This document shows positions 39,547 to 49,587 of a stretch of 64,000 nucleotides of DNA, piece after piece. The notes under the pieces were generated by a model. The model worked only from the letters and a program-made list of their open reading frames with translations. It was not told the DNA's origin and searched no databases. Origin of the DNA: Nitrospirota bacterium (GTDB lineage Bacteria > Nitrospirota > UBA9217); the NCBI GenBank assembly GCA_963751455.1, contig CAVVUN010000001.1, positions 416,001-480,000 on the forward strand, in the 5' to 3' direction. How positions within the stretch are numbered: position 1 is the stretch's first letter; every line of letters begins with the position of its first letter. The position numbers were made by a program, and so were the translations under genes.

Positions 39547-42500
39547 TTACCATGTTTCCCCGTAATGCTGCTGCAGGATCATCATGTCTTTTCCGTCAAC
39601 CATATTGTTTTTATCCAGGTCGCAGACAGGGTTCCAGTAGGTGTCTCCAGGCCTGCTGCCGAACGCATGGAACACCTTCTGAACGTCAGCCTCGTCCACG
39701 CTGTTTAGCGCTCCGCTGTTGTCCACGTTCCAGGGATGGACCGGGTCATACCCGGTTGCATAGTTTACCTTGGCGTTCGAGACACTGGTGGCCGGGTTTG
39801 CAACAAGGTCAGTCGCTGTAAACGATACGGTATAGAACGCTCCATCAACAAGAGTTATGCCCGTGCTTAGCGAATGAGTCCCCTGTGAAAGGTCCGCTGT
39901 CTGCATGGTATAAACCTGCGGAGAAGCAGTGTCCTGGCTTCCAGCTGTTCGGGTAAATGTTATGGTGCCGGACTGGGCGCTCTCGCTCAGGCTGTACGTG
40001 ACCGTAGCGCTGGATATAATGGCCTTGGTTGACGGGCTGGTGACCGTTATCACAACCGACTGGTTATCGAACTCAATATTAGTGCTCAATGCCGTCGCGC
40101 TGGTGTTTCCTGCTGTATCAACCATATTGCCGATCTCGAAGGTATATATCGCGCCGTTTACAAGGGCCTTCCCTGTATCGATCGTATGTCCGCCGGCGGT
40201 CAGTTCGGAACTCGACAACGGATAGGTATACGGTGAGAGCGCGTCTGTGGTGCCGCCTGTCTGGATTATCGTGATCGTCCCACCTGTTACCGTTTCACTC
40301 AGAGTGTAACTTATCCTTGCCGTATTCACTCTGCTGTTCGAAACCGGGCCGGTAATGGCTACGCTCGGGATTGTTTCGTCATAGGTTATGTTCGCGTTCG
40401 GTACACTGGCAGTGTTCCCCTGACTGTCAGTTGCTTGGAAAGTTACTGTATAGATGGCGCCGTTCACGAGCGTCAGGCCGGTATCGGCCGTATGACTGCC
40501 TGCGCTAGTTTCCGTAAATGTGTATGTACGCGCGGAGACCAGGTCCGTCACACCGCCCGTCCAGGTGAATGTCACTGTCCCGCTTGCCACATCCTTATCC
40601 AGCGTGTACCCGACTCTTGCGTTACTGATGACACTGTCCGCGGCCGGAGACGTGGAACTGAAAGAAGGCGGGGCTGTTGTCGCTGCAAATACCGCAGATA
40701 TAGTATGGTTCGCTGCAACCGAGGAGAATGAGTAGGACAAGACGGCGCCCACTGATACTCCATCAGCCAGAACATCGGCAACGTAGTATCCGGCAAGCGG
40801 GGTGATGGTGAAGCTCTGGCTTGATCCGTGATTTACAGATACAGGGCCTGAGGGCGAAACTGTTCCGCCCGTTGTCGCAGATGCAGTGATCGTATACGTA
40901 TTGATCGCGAAAGAAGCATCGATCGTATGGCTTGCAGTAACAGAGGTAAACGTATACGCTGAGATAATCCCTTGTGATATGCCGTCTATGAGAACATCTA
41001 TGATGTGATATCCGGTGTTCGGAGTAATCGTAAATGTCTGATCAGATCCATAGTTAACCGTTATGGATGGTGACGGATTGATTGAACCACCGGTTCCGAT
41101 GTTCGCGGTAATCAGGAATGTATCTATCCCAAACGAAGCATCTATCGTGTGGTTCGCCGTTACCGTGGTAAATGTATACGAAGAAACGATGTTCTGCGAT
41201 ACACCGTCAATAAGAATACCTGTGATATGGTATCCGGCGCCTGGTGTTATGGTGAATGCCTGGTCCGCTCCGTAGTTCACGGAAACCGCGCCCGTCGGCG
41301 AAATGGATCCACCTGCGCCTGTCGTGGCCGTAATTGTCGCTGACGTGACTGTTGTGAAGTTCCAGCTGTAATCGGCAGCAAGCCCATTTCCTGCCAAATC
41401 CTGCGCGCCGGTTGACAGCGTTGCCGTATATGTGGTCCCGGTCGCGAGTGACGACGAGGGGGTGAAGGTCGCTGTTTTCGATAGCCCGTCATACCCGACG
41501 GTTCCTGTCACGCCGGTCACAATAAAGCTCGATGCAATAGTCGTCTGGTCCATGTCTTCGCTGAATGTCGCGGTGATCGCCGTGTCCACCGGAATATTCG
41601 CTGCCCCCGCTGTCGGCGTGACCGAAGAAACCAGTGGAGGTACTGTATCCAGGAGGACCGTGTCGCTGTATGCGGCCGACCAGTTTCCTGCATTGTCCTT
41701 GAACTTGGCATATACCGTCTTGAGGCCGTCTCCCGACGGTAAATTCCATGATCTTGAGGGAGCGCGCGTTTCCGGCGTTGTGTAGGAGATACCATCATCG
41801 GAGAACTGCATTTCGGCACAGCCGCTGCCGATGTCCGTGCAGGTGAGCGTCAGTGAAACAGCGGGGCTGGCGGTCCTGCCTGTGCCGCCGTTGACAAAAA
41901 TTGAAACAGTTCCGCCCGGAGCCATGGACGCTCCAAGAATGGTACCGTAGTTTCCTGCAACAAGCGCGGTGTCACCACCCACAGCGACTGCGTTGAGTCC
42001 ATTCGTTGTTACATCCATTGTTCTTTCATTCCAGTTGGTTCCATCAGTAGACGACAATATCGTGGAAGATCCGGCAGCCAGGAAAGTGTTGTTGCCGAAT
42101 GCAATTCCGCGAAGATCGCTCGATGTCGGAGAGGACGCCGGGGACCAGTCGACTCCGTCAGCTGACGTCAGTATCGTTCCGGAAGCTCCTACTGAGATGA
42201 ACATGTTATTTGCAAACGTGATCCCATACAGGTCTGTGGTAACTCCTGATGGTCCGAGGGTCCAGGTAGTTCCGTTACTCGAGGTCATGATCGTTCCCTG
42301 ATAGCCTACTGCGACGAACAGTCCGTTGCCGAAAGCCACGTCGTAGAGCATGTAGTCGGAATAATGATCGATCATCGCCCAGTTGATACCGTCCGGAGAG
42401 GTAAGTGTCAGGTATCCCATTGCGCCTTCGATTCCGCCTCCGACCGCTACGAACATATTATTTCCGAAAGCAACTCCATAAGGATCATATATTGTGGTTC

Positions 42501-45500
42501 CGGAATCCGCAGCCGACCAATTCATTCCGTCACTGGAAGAGATGACAGCGCCGTTAACACCCACGGATACGAATGTCCCATTGCCGAATGTGACATCTTT
42601 CAGGTTATTCGTGGTGGGTGATGTGGCCGAAGTCCATGTATTTCCGTCAACGGACGACAGTACCGCTCCTCCGCTGCCTACGGCGACAAACGTGTTATTT
42701 CCGTAGGTCATTCCCGCCAGATCACTCTTCGAACCCGTGGTTCGGTTGTTCCATGCGCTCCCATCGGCCGATGTGAGTATGACATTCGGCCAACCAGTCG
42801 CTATATAGAGGTTATTAGCGAAAGAGACGCTGCTGAGATTGTCGGTGATTCCGGAAGATTTCGGCGTCCAGGAAATGCCGTCGGTTGAAGACAGGATGGT
42901 CCCTGAATCGCCGACAGCCATGAACGTTCCGATTCCGTCGAACGCAACTCCATAGATCCAGTTCGCCTGGCCGGTCGAATGGGATGTCCAGATTAAACCG
43001 TCTGATGAGGTGAGAACAGTGCCGTTATAAACAGTGACAACGAACGTATTATTGCCGAAAGCCGCATCTGTCAGCCAGTTCGTGGTGCCCGAAGTACTGT
43101 TTGTCCACGTGACGCCGTTGTCTGAAGACGTAAGGATTGTGCCGTTATAGCCGGAAGCAACAAAAATACCGTTGCCGAAAGCCACACCGAAGATATCATT
43201 CGCGGTATTTGATGTCCTGGCTGTCCATGTTACTCCGTCCGGAGATGTAACGATCGCGCCGGCTGCTCCAACCGCGACAAACTGGTTATTCTGGAAAATG
43301 ACTTTAATAAGCTCACTGGCGGTTCCCGATGTCCTGTTTGTCCATGTGATGCCGTCGGACGATGTCAGGATCGTGCCGGCGCCTCCGACAGCGACAAAGG
43401 TCCCATTGCCGAAAGCAACGCTGTCCAATATATAACTCGTTCCCGACGTCCGCATGGTCCAGGAGATGCCGTCCGCAGAGGTAAGGAGTGTTCCGTTGTA
43501 CCCTGTTAGTACGAACGTGCCGTTTCCGTACGCAGCCTCCTGCAGCTGGTTTCCCTGCGGGAGCGGATTTCTCCACTCCCATATATCGAGAGAGCCGCCC
43601 TCCGACGGTTCGGGCGGGGTCGTGTCGAGCGTGATAGTGGCCGTTACGGCGCTCGACAGACTTCCTGCGCCGTCCTGGAACTTGACAAAAACCGTCTTCG
43701 GCCCGTCACCTGAAGAAAGGTTCCAGGTCGTGGTCGTTGCATACGAGGCCAGACCCGTATAGTTCACGTTGTCATTGCTGATCTGCATCTGGCTGCAGCT
43801 GCTGGCCGCATCAAAGCAGGTGAACGCAAGAGTAACCGCCGGATCGTTCGTGAAGGAAGCGCTGCCGTTGATCGAAAGCGTGCCCGTCGGAGGCGTGATG
43901 TCGACGATACTTAAAACGAGGGATGGTGAATAGGACACGTTCCAGGACAACCCACCGCCGGGCGACGGAATGTTCAAAGTTCCGGTCTGTGAGGCGTACG
44001 TCATGACTGTATACGTCTGGCCGGTTGCAAGTGTATGTCCACCAACCAGGTTCACGATCATGGACCCGCCAAGGGATGCATTCCCGCTGACCGCAAGCTG
44101 GTCGTACTGGCCTGTTCCTGTGCCGCCCAGATCGATATTGATGACGCTCGATGCTGTCTGGGGAAGTGGTCCGGTTACATTCAGTGTGCCCGAAGTTCCT
44201 GGCGCTGCAGGATCGATCGCGCCGTTGTTCGTGAACGTCCCGGACGACACATCAAGCGTCCCAGAGCCCTGGATTAATCCTGTATTAGTCAATGCGCTGA
44301 TCGGCGACACAGTCCCGGTCTGGACATCGAGAATACCGCTGTTGTTAAACGGTATACCGAGCGCGGTCGCGCCTGTCGTGGTGGTCTTCCTGAACGTACC
44401 TGAATTGTTGAATATGCCGCCGGTACTGTTGGCCATATTCACGTCACTCTGGACCTCGAAGATCGATCCCGTCTGGTTATTGATGGTCCCGTTGTTGTAG
44501 AAGTACAGAGGTCCGGAGCCTCCCCAGGTCGCTGTTCCGGCTATATTTAACACCCTTGTATCAAGGTTCTTACTCAATGTACCGCTTATCGAGAGCGTCC
44601 CTCCGGATGGAATAACCGTGCTTCCCGTGCCGGTCATGTATCCGTCGTTCCATGTTGCCGTCTGTGCGGTCACAATACCGCTGCCTGAGAGGTATCCGTC
44701 CGATATGTTCAAACCCGTAGTCGTTGAGTTCGCATTATCGAAGTTAACCGTGGCGCTGCCCGATAAGGTCGTTATGCCGGTTACGTCGTATGTTACCCCT
44801 GTGCCGATCGTCGTAGTGCCGCCGTTGTTAAAGTTGATCCCTCCGGTCCCGCTAAGCGAAGCAGGAGAATTGATGGTGTATGTTGCGCTGCTGAACACAA
44901 GTGTGCCGGGCTTCGTTGCCGTAAATAATCCCGTGCCGGTTCCTCCGCTGTTCAAAGACACAGAACCGCTCTGTATGTCCATAGCACCGTTGTTGTTGAA
45001 CGGTATACCGACCGTTGTCGCACCCGTTGCTGCGGTGGTCTTCCTGAACGTACCGGAATTGTTGAATAGGCCGCCGAAACTGTTGGACATGTTCGTATCA
45101 TTCTGGACATCGAAGAAGGCTCCCGTCTGGTTGTTGATGGTCCCGTTGTTGTAGAAGTACATATACCCGGTGCCTGTCCAGGTGGCTGTGCCGGCTATAT
45201 TCAACAGCCTTGCATCAAGGTGCTTACTCGGTGTCCCGCTTATAGAGAGCGTCCCACCGGACGTAATAACCGTGCTTCCTGTACCGCTCATGTATCCGCC
45301 GCTCCATGTTGCTGTCTGTACGGTCACGATACCACTGCCCGAAAGATACCCCGCCAAAACCACCAACCCGACCGTACTCGCGTTCGTGTTAAAGGCCGCT
45401 GCGGCCGCGCCCCCGGTCACGCTCGTCACACCCGCTACATTGTACGTCACCCCGGATGCGATCGTCGCGGTACCGCCGCTGAAGTCGATCGTGCCTGTCC

Positions 45501-48500
45501 CTCCCATATTTCCCGCATCAATGCTGTGCGTACCACCGCTGAACCGCAGTGTTCCGGGAGATGTTGCAATAAACGAACCTGTCGTATGCGTACCGCCGTT
45601 GTTCAATGAGACGATGCCGCTCTGTATATCCACGCTCCCGCTGTTATTGAACGGGATAGCGATGGTAGTCGTACCCGTTGCAACCGTCTTCCGGAACGTG
45701 CCGTAGTTAGTGAAAATTCCTCCCGATGAGTTCTGCATGGGTACATTGCTCTGGATATCGAAGATCCCGCTCACCAGGTTATTGAATTTCCCGTTGTTGT
45801 AGAAGTACATCCAACCCGTGCCGCTCCACGTTGCCGTACCGTTGTTGTTCAAGGTCCGGGTGTCCACGTTCACGCTGCTCGCACCGCTGATCGAAAGGGT
45901 GCCGTTCACGTCCGTGCTGCCCGAGCCGCCCATGGTACCACCCGTCCAGGTCCCGGTTGTGGCCGAAACAACGCCGCTCCCCGTCAGCGTACCGCTCGAA
46001 ACCAGCAGGCCGACCGTAATGGCATTCGTGTTAAAGGCTGCGGCAGTCGCACCGGTCACGCTCGTCACACCCGTTACAAAGTACGTAACCCCCGATGCGA
46101 TCGTCGTGGTCCCGCCGCTGAAGTCGATCGTGCCCGTCCCGCCCACATTTCCCGCGGCGATGCTGTGCGTACCGCCGCCGAACCGCAGGGTTCCGGGAGA
46201 TGTCGCACTAAGCGAACCCGTCGTATGCGTGCCGCCGTTGTTCAACGATACGGTGCCGCTCTGGATATCAACGCTGCCGCTGTTATTGAACGGGATGGAA
46301 ATCGTGCTCGTAGCTGTCGCAACTGTTTTCCGGAACGTACCATAGTTGTTGAACACACCACCTGATGAATTTTGCATAGTCTGGTCGTTCCGGATATCGA
46401 AAAGTCCGCCCGCCTGGTTATTGATAGCGGCATTGTTGTAGAAGTACATCCAGTTCGTGTTGGTCAACGCTGTCGTGCCGCTGTTGTTCAGAGTTCGGGT
46501 ATCAAGATACACACCGCTCGAGCCGCTGATGGTAAGCGTAGCTCCCGACAGAATATTCGTGCTCCCCGTGCCGCTCATCGTGCCGCTCGTCCACGTCAGC
46601 GAAGTCCCGGATACAGTTAACGCGCTGCTTCCTCCCAGGGTACCGCCGGACAACGTCAGTGGTACAGTAGTCGTTATCGGAGTGTTGATATTGACCGTCC
46701 CGCTGTTGATCGCCATCGCTCCGGTCCCGCCGAGCGATGCCCCGGCATCAAAATTATGAGTACCGCTTACAAATTGAAGAACACCCGGAGATGTCGCTGT
46801 AAACGGGCCCGTATACGTGCCGCTGGTCAACGATACGATGCCGCTCTGTATTTCGACGTTCCCGCTGTTAATGAACGGAATCGCGATCGTGCTCGTAGCT
46901 GTTGCAACTGTTTTCCGGAATGTGCCGTAGTTGTTGAAAACACCACCCGATGAGTTCTGCATGGTCTGGTCGTTTCGGATATCGAAAAGTGCACCCACCT
47001 GGTTATTGATAGCGGCATTGTTATAGAAGTACACCCAGTTCGCGTTGGTCAACGCAGTTGTACCGCTGTTATTCAAGGTTCGGGCGTCCAGGCTGACGCT
47101 GCTGGTGCCGCTGATCGTAAGCGTAGCTCCCGACAGAATATTCGTGCTCCCCGTGCCGCTCATCGTGCCGCTTGTCCATGTCAGCGAACTTCCCGAGACG
47201 CTTAACGTGCCGCTTCCTCCCAAGGTGCCGCCAGACAGCGTCAGTGGCACAGTACTCGTTATCGCAGTGTTTATATTGACTGTGCCGGTGCTGATCACGA
47301 TCGCTCCCGTTCCTCCGAGCGAAACTCCTGTATTAAAATTATGCGTGCCGCCGCCAAACCGCAGTGTTCCGGGCGATGTCGCAGTAAACGGGCTCGTATC
47401 CGTGCCGCCATTGCTCAACGATACGGTGCCGCTCCGGATATCCACGCTACCGCTGTTATTGAATGGAATAGAGATCGTGCTCGTAGCCGTTGCAACCGTC
47501 TTCCGGAACGTCCCATAGTTATTGAACACACCACCCGATGAATTCTGCATGGTCTGATCGTTTTGGATATCGAAAAGTCCGCCCGTGTTGTTATTGATAG
47601 TGGCATTGTTGTAGAAGGACATCCAGTTCGTGTTGGCCCACACAACCGTACCGCTGTTGTTCAAAGTCCGGGTGTCCAGGCTAACGCTGCTCGTGCCGCT
47701 GATTGTTAGCGTCGCGCCCGAAACAATATTCGTGCTCCCTGTGCCGCTCATTGAACCGCCCGACCAATTGTATGCCCCGTTCACCGTGAGGCTGCCGGGC
47801 CCTGTTATTGTCCCACTGGAATGATTCAGGATACCGTTTGTATTAATCGAGCTGGCATTGTTCAACGTCAGCGTGTTCCCGGATATCGAGAGTGTTTGTT
47901 TAGTAGAGGATCCGCCGAGGGAGAGGCTCGCTACTGTCGCATTCGTATCAAGTGTGACTGTACAATTGATACAACCGTCTCCGATTACGACATCATTCAA
48001 GTCAGTTGGAACCCCAGCCGGACTCCAGTTACCCGCTGTGTTCCAGAGACCACCTGCTGAAGAAATCCATGTCTTAACCGATGAAGAAACATTCAGCGTT
48101 AACCCCGAGCTATTATACGCAGGGCTCCACATTTTACCGCTAAGCGCTGGGTAATCGTAAGTCGAGTATTGCCCGATGGCTGCTATGACCATAGAAGAAT
48201 CAAGCACGAAGAATGTATTACCAATGGCCGGCACAAAGCCGCTCAGAAGAAGCACCCTCAGAGTGCCGCCGAGAGTATAAGTATCGGTCTGAGTTCCAAA
48301 TACTATCTGGTCATAATCGACACCAGCGGTCGCCTGCCCCTGCATTTCTATCTCCGTTATGCCGGCAGCGGCGTGCGTAAACGGCCCTGAGAATGTTAAT
48401 TTCCCGATTGCACCAACGCCTCCCGGCCGGATGGTTCCCTCATTGGTAATCAGCACTCCAGTAGACAGGGTACCGTTTCCTTCTATTGACCCTGTGGATG

Positions 48501-49107
48501 TATTCGTGAGCGATCCGCTAGTGTTGAGCGTCGGAGGTGAAGCACCCCCGACGAGCGTGATCAAGCCGCTGTTCGTATGAACGCCCCCGGCCTTATTGAA
48601 AGACATGCCCTTATTAATCGTGATCGTTCCCTGGTTAACAACGTTACCATTAATGTAGTTCTCGGTAATAGATGTACCGGAATCGGTAATCATGCCGATA
48701 GCCGTGTTGGTGATGGTGCCGCTGCTTATAAGAGTTGCACCTCCTGTTGAGACAGAGTTGATCTGAATTGTTCCGTTATTGGTAACTCCATTTACGGCTG
48801 TCAGGCTGATTGCCGACCCGACATTGGCGATTTTCAAGGTCGAGCCGCTTCCGATAAAGAGCGAATTTACGGTTACACTCAAATTTGATGCATCCACCAA
48901 GCCGGACGACGCAGGGATATCGACGTCATCCGTCGAGGTAGGAACGGCATTCGTGGACCAGTTAGCTGCATCCGTCCATGATGTCGTTGTCGCGCCGCCG
49001 TCCCAAGTGACGGCTGCGCTGGCAACTGAAGAGTAAAATGTGAGAAGCAGCAGACTAGACCATAACAGCAAGCGAATATATCGTGGATTATTGGAAGGCA
49101 TAGTCAC
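39547..49107 (-). CDS. Giant (3186 aa) secreted surface protein with beta-helix repeats, propeller, Ig-like domains and a dockerin-like C-terminus
   Basis: Signal peptide; ~200-aa G/T/N/S repeats; FGNGTFVAVG..GTILTS.DG..WT repeats; TATFSEDMD Ig domain; C-terminal DLDKNNMVDGKD. Confidence 0.9.
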   Translation of the reverse strand: MTMPSNNPRYIRLLLWSSLLLLTFYSSVASAAVTWDGGATTTSWTDAANWSTNAVPTSTDDVDIPASSGLVDASNLSVTVNSLFIGSGSTLKIANVGSAISLTAVNGVTNNGTIQINSVSTGGATLISSGTITNTAIGMITDSGTSITENYINGNVVNQGTITINKGMSFNKAGGVHTNSGLITLVGGASPPTLNTSGSLTNTSTGSIEGNGTLSTGVLITNEGTIRPGGVGAIGKLTFSGPFTHAAAGITEIEMQGQATAGVDYDQIVFGTQTDTYTLGGTLRVLLLSGFVPAIGNTFFVLDSSMVIAAIGQYSTYDYPALSGKMWSPAYNSSGLTLNVSSSVKTWISSAGGLWNTAGNWSPAGVPTDLNDVVIGDGCINCTVTLDTNATVASLSLGGSSTKQTLSISGNTLTLNNASSINTNGILNHSSGTITGPGSLTVNGAYNWSGGSMSGTGSTNIVSGATLTISGTSSVSLDTRTLNNSGTVVWANTNWMSFYNNATINNNTGGLFDIQNDQTMQNSSGGVFNNYGTFRKTVATATSTISIPFNNSGSVDIRSGTVSLSNGGTDTSPFTATSPGTLRFGGGTHNFNTGVSLGGTGAIVISTGTVNINTAITSTVPLTLSGGTLGGSGTLSVSGSSLTWTSGTMSGTGSTNILSGATLTISGTSSVSLDARTLNNSGTTALTNANWVYFYNNAAINNQVGALFDIRNDQTMQNSSGGVFNNYGTFRKTVATATSTIAIPFINSGNVEIQSGIVSLTSGTYTGPFTATSPGVLQFVSGTHNFDAGASLGGTGAMAINSGTVNINTPITTTVPLTLSGGTLGGSSALTVSGTSLTWTSGTMSGTGSTNILSGATLTISGSSGVYLDTRTLNNSGTTALTNTNWMYFYNNAAINNQAGGLFDIRNDQTMQNSSGGVFNNYGTFRKTVATATSTISIPFNNSGSVDIQSGTVSLNNGGTHTTGSLSATSPGTLRFGGGTHSIAAGNVGGTGTIDFSGGTTTIASGVTYFVTGVTSVTGATAAAFNTNAITVGLLVSSGTLTGSGVVSATTGTWTGGTMGGSGSTDVNGTLSISGASSVNVDTRTLNNNGTATWSGTGWMYFYNNGKFNNLVSGIFDIQSNVPMQNSSGGIFTNYGTFRKTVATGTTTIAIPFNNSGSVDIQSGIVSLNNGGTHTTGSFIATSPGTLRFSGGTHSIDAGNMGGTGTIDFSGGTATIASGVTYNVAGVTSVTGGAAAAAFNTNASTVGLVVLAGYLSGSGIVTVQTATWSGGYMSGTGSTVITSGGTLSISGTPSKHLDARLLNIAGTATWTGTGYMYFYNNGTINNQTGAFFDVQNDTNMSNSFGGLFNNSGTFRKTTAATGATTVGIPFNNNGAMDIQSGSVSLNSGGTGTGLFTATKPGTLVFSSATYTINSPASLSGTGGINFNNGGTTTIGTGVTYDVTGITTLSGSATVNFDNANSTTTGLNISDGYLSGSGIVTAQTATWNDGYMTGTGSTVIPSGGTLSISGTLSKNLDTRVLNIAGTATWGGSGPLYFYNNGTINNQTGSIFEVQSDVNMANSTGGIFNNSGTFRKTTTTGATALGIPFNNSGILDVQTGTVSPISALTNTGLIQGSGTLDVSSGTFTNNGAIDPAAPGTSGTLNVTGPLPQTASSVINIDLGGTGTGQYDQLAVSGNASLGGSMIVNLVGGHTLATGQTYTVMTYASQTGTLNIPSPGGGLSWNVSYSPSLVLSIVDITPPTGTLSINGSASFTNDPAVTLAFTCFDAASSCSQMQISNDNVNYTGLASYATTTTWNLSSGDGPKTVFVKFQDGAGSLSSAVTATITLDTTPPEPSEGGSLDIWEWRNPLPQGNQLQEAAYGNGTFVLTGYNGTLLTSADGISWTMRTSGTSYILDSVAFGNGTFVAVGGAGTILTSSDGITWTNRTSGTASELIKVIFQNNQFVAVGAAGAIVTSPDGVTWTARTSNTANDIFGVAFGNGIFVASGYNGTILTSSDNGVTWTNSTSGTTNWLTDAAFGNNTFVVTVYNGTVLTSSDGLIWTSHSTGQANWIYGVAFDGIGTFMAVGDSGTILSSTDGISWTPKSSGITDNLSSVSFANNLYIATGWPNVILTSADGSAWNNRTTGSKSDLAGMTYGNNTFVAVGSGGAVLSSVDGNTWTSATSPTTNNLKDVTFGNGTFVSVGVNGAVISSSDGMNWSAADSGTTIYDPYGVAFGNNMFVAVGGGIEGAMGYLTLTSPDGINWAMIDHYSDYMLYDVAFGNGLFVAVGYQGTIMTSSNGTTWTLGPSGVTTDLYGITFANNMFISVGASGTILTSADGVDWSPASSPTSSDLRGIAFGNNTFLAAGSSTILSSTDGTNWNERTMDVTTNGLNAVAVGGDTALVAGNYGTILGASMAPGGTVSIFVNGGTGRTASPAVSLTLTCTDIGSGCAEMQFSDDGISYTTPETRAPSRSWNLPSGDGLKTVYAKFKDNAGNWSAAYSDTVLLDTVPPLVSSVTPTAGAANIPVDTAITATFSEDMDQTTIASSFIVTGVTGTVGYDGLSKTATFTPSSSLATGTTYTATLSTGAQDLAGNGLAADYSWNFTTVTSATITATTGAGGSISPTGAVSVNYGADQAFTITPGAGYHITGILIDGVSQNIVSSYTFTTVTANHTIDASFGIDTFLITANIGTGGSINPSPSITVNYGSDQTFTITPNTGYHIIDVLIDGISQGIISAYTFTSVTASHTIDASFAINTYTITASATTGGTVSPSGPVSVNHGSSQSFTITPLAGYYVADVLADGVSVGAVLSYSFSSVAANHTISAVFAATTAPPSFSSTSPAADSVISNARVGYTLDKDVASGTVTFTWTGGVTDLVSARTYTFTETSAGSHTADTGLTLVNGAIYTVTFQATDSQGNTASVPNANITYDETIPSVAITGPVSNSRVNTARISYTLSETVTGGTITIIQTGGTTDALSPYTYPLSSSELTAGGHTIDTGKALVNGAIYTFEIGNMVDTAGNTSATALSTNIEFDNQSVVITVTSPSTKAIISSATVTYSLSESAQSGTITFTRTAGSQDTASPQVYTMQTADLSQGTHSLSTGITLVDGAFYTVSFTATDLVANPATSVSNAKVNYATGYDPVHPWNVDNSGALNSVDEADVQKVFHAFGSRPGDTYWNPVCDLDKNNMVDGKDMMILQQHYGETW
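44330..47760 (-). repeat. About six internal tandem repeats (~585-655 bp) in the giant gene
   Basis: FNN.GTFRKT units recur near 47490, 46900, 46315, 45680, 45035 and 44380. Confidence 0.85.
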
Positions 49108-49365
49108 CTCGCGACTTACTGAAAAATACTTTAGTAGCAGTTTTTTTTGTATATGAGTTCACTTGCGAATTGTAATTTGAGGTTTTGCAATCTTTTGTAT
49201 CAGGTCGAGTATCGTATTTTTTTAAAAAAATGACAAGTGAATTCTTACATTAAAGCGGGGTATTTTAAGGGTATGGTTATTGTAGATTGATTATCTACAA
49301 AATGTATGGAAGTTAGAAACAAAAAGGGCCGGTCTTGAACTAACCGGACTTTTATATTCATTTTA

Positions 49366-49408
49366 TGGTGCACTGGGGTGACTCGAAACCCGAACGCGGT
49401 TTAGGACA
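49366..49408 (-). repeat. Degenerate copy of the tRNA-Arg 3' half (att-like, copy 3)
   Basis: tggtgcactggggtgactcgaaacccgaacgcggtttaggaca compared with tRNA 56300-56345. Confidence 0.88.
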
Positions 49409-49471
49409 TGTCGGGTCTGCAAATCGTTAGCAGTTATTATTCGGAATACTTCACCTCCCATGATTAGTTGA

Positions 49472-49497
49472 AAGCCGGCCTCCAATGAGGCCGGCTT
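49472..49497. terminator. Hairpin downstream of the cytochrome gene
   Basis: aagccggcctc-caat-gaggccggctt. Confidence 0.6.
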
Positions 49498-49587
49498 ATC
49501 TTACCCTGAAGCGCTTTGAGGTATAAACCAAATCCCTCTTTGCGAGATCGCATCACATTCCCCTGAATTAGCTTTGCCTGCCGGGGT

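Noticed and set aside
44330-47760. Near-identical repeats as a diversity-generating retroelement template/variable pair
   Set aside because: They are in-frame protein repeats, no adenine-specific pattern was evident by eye, and there is no reverse transcriptase in the window.
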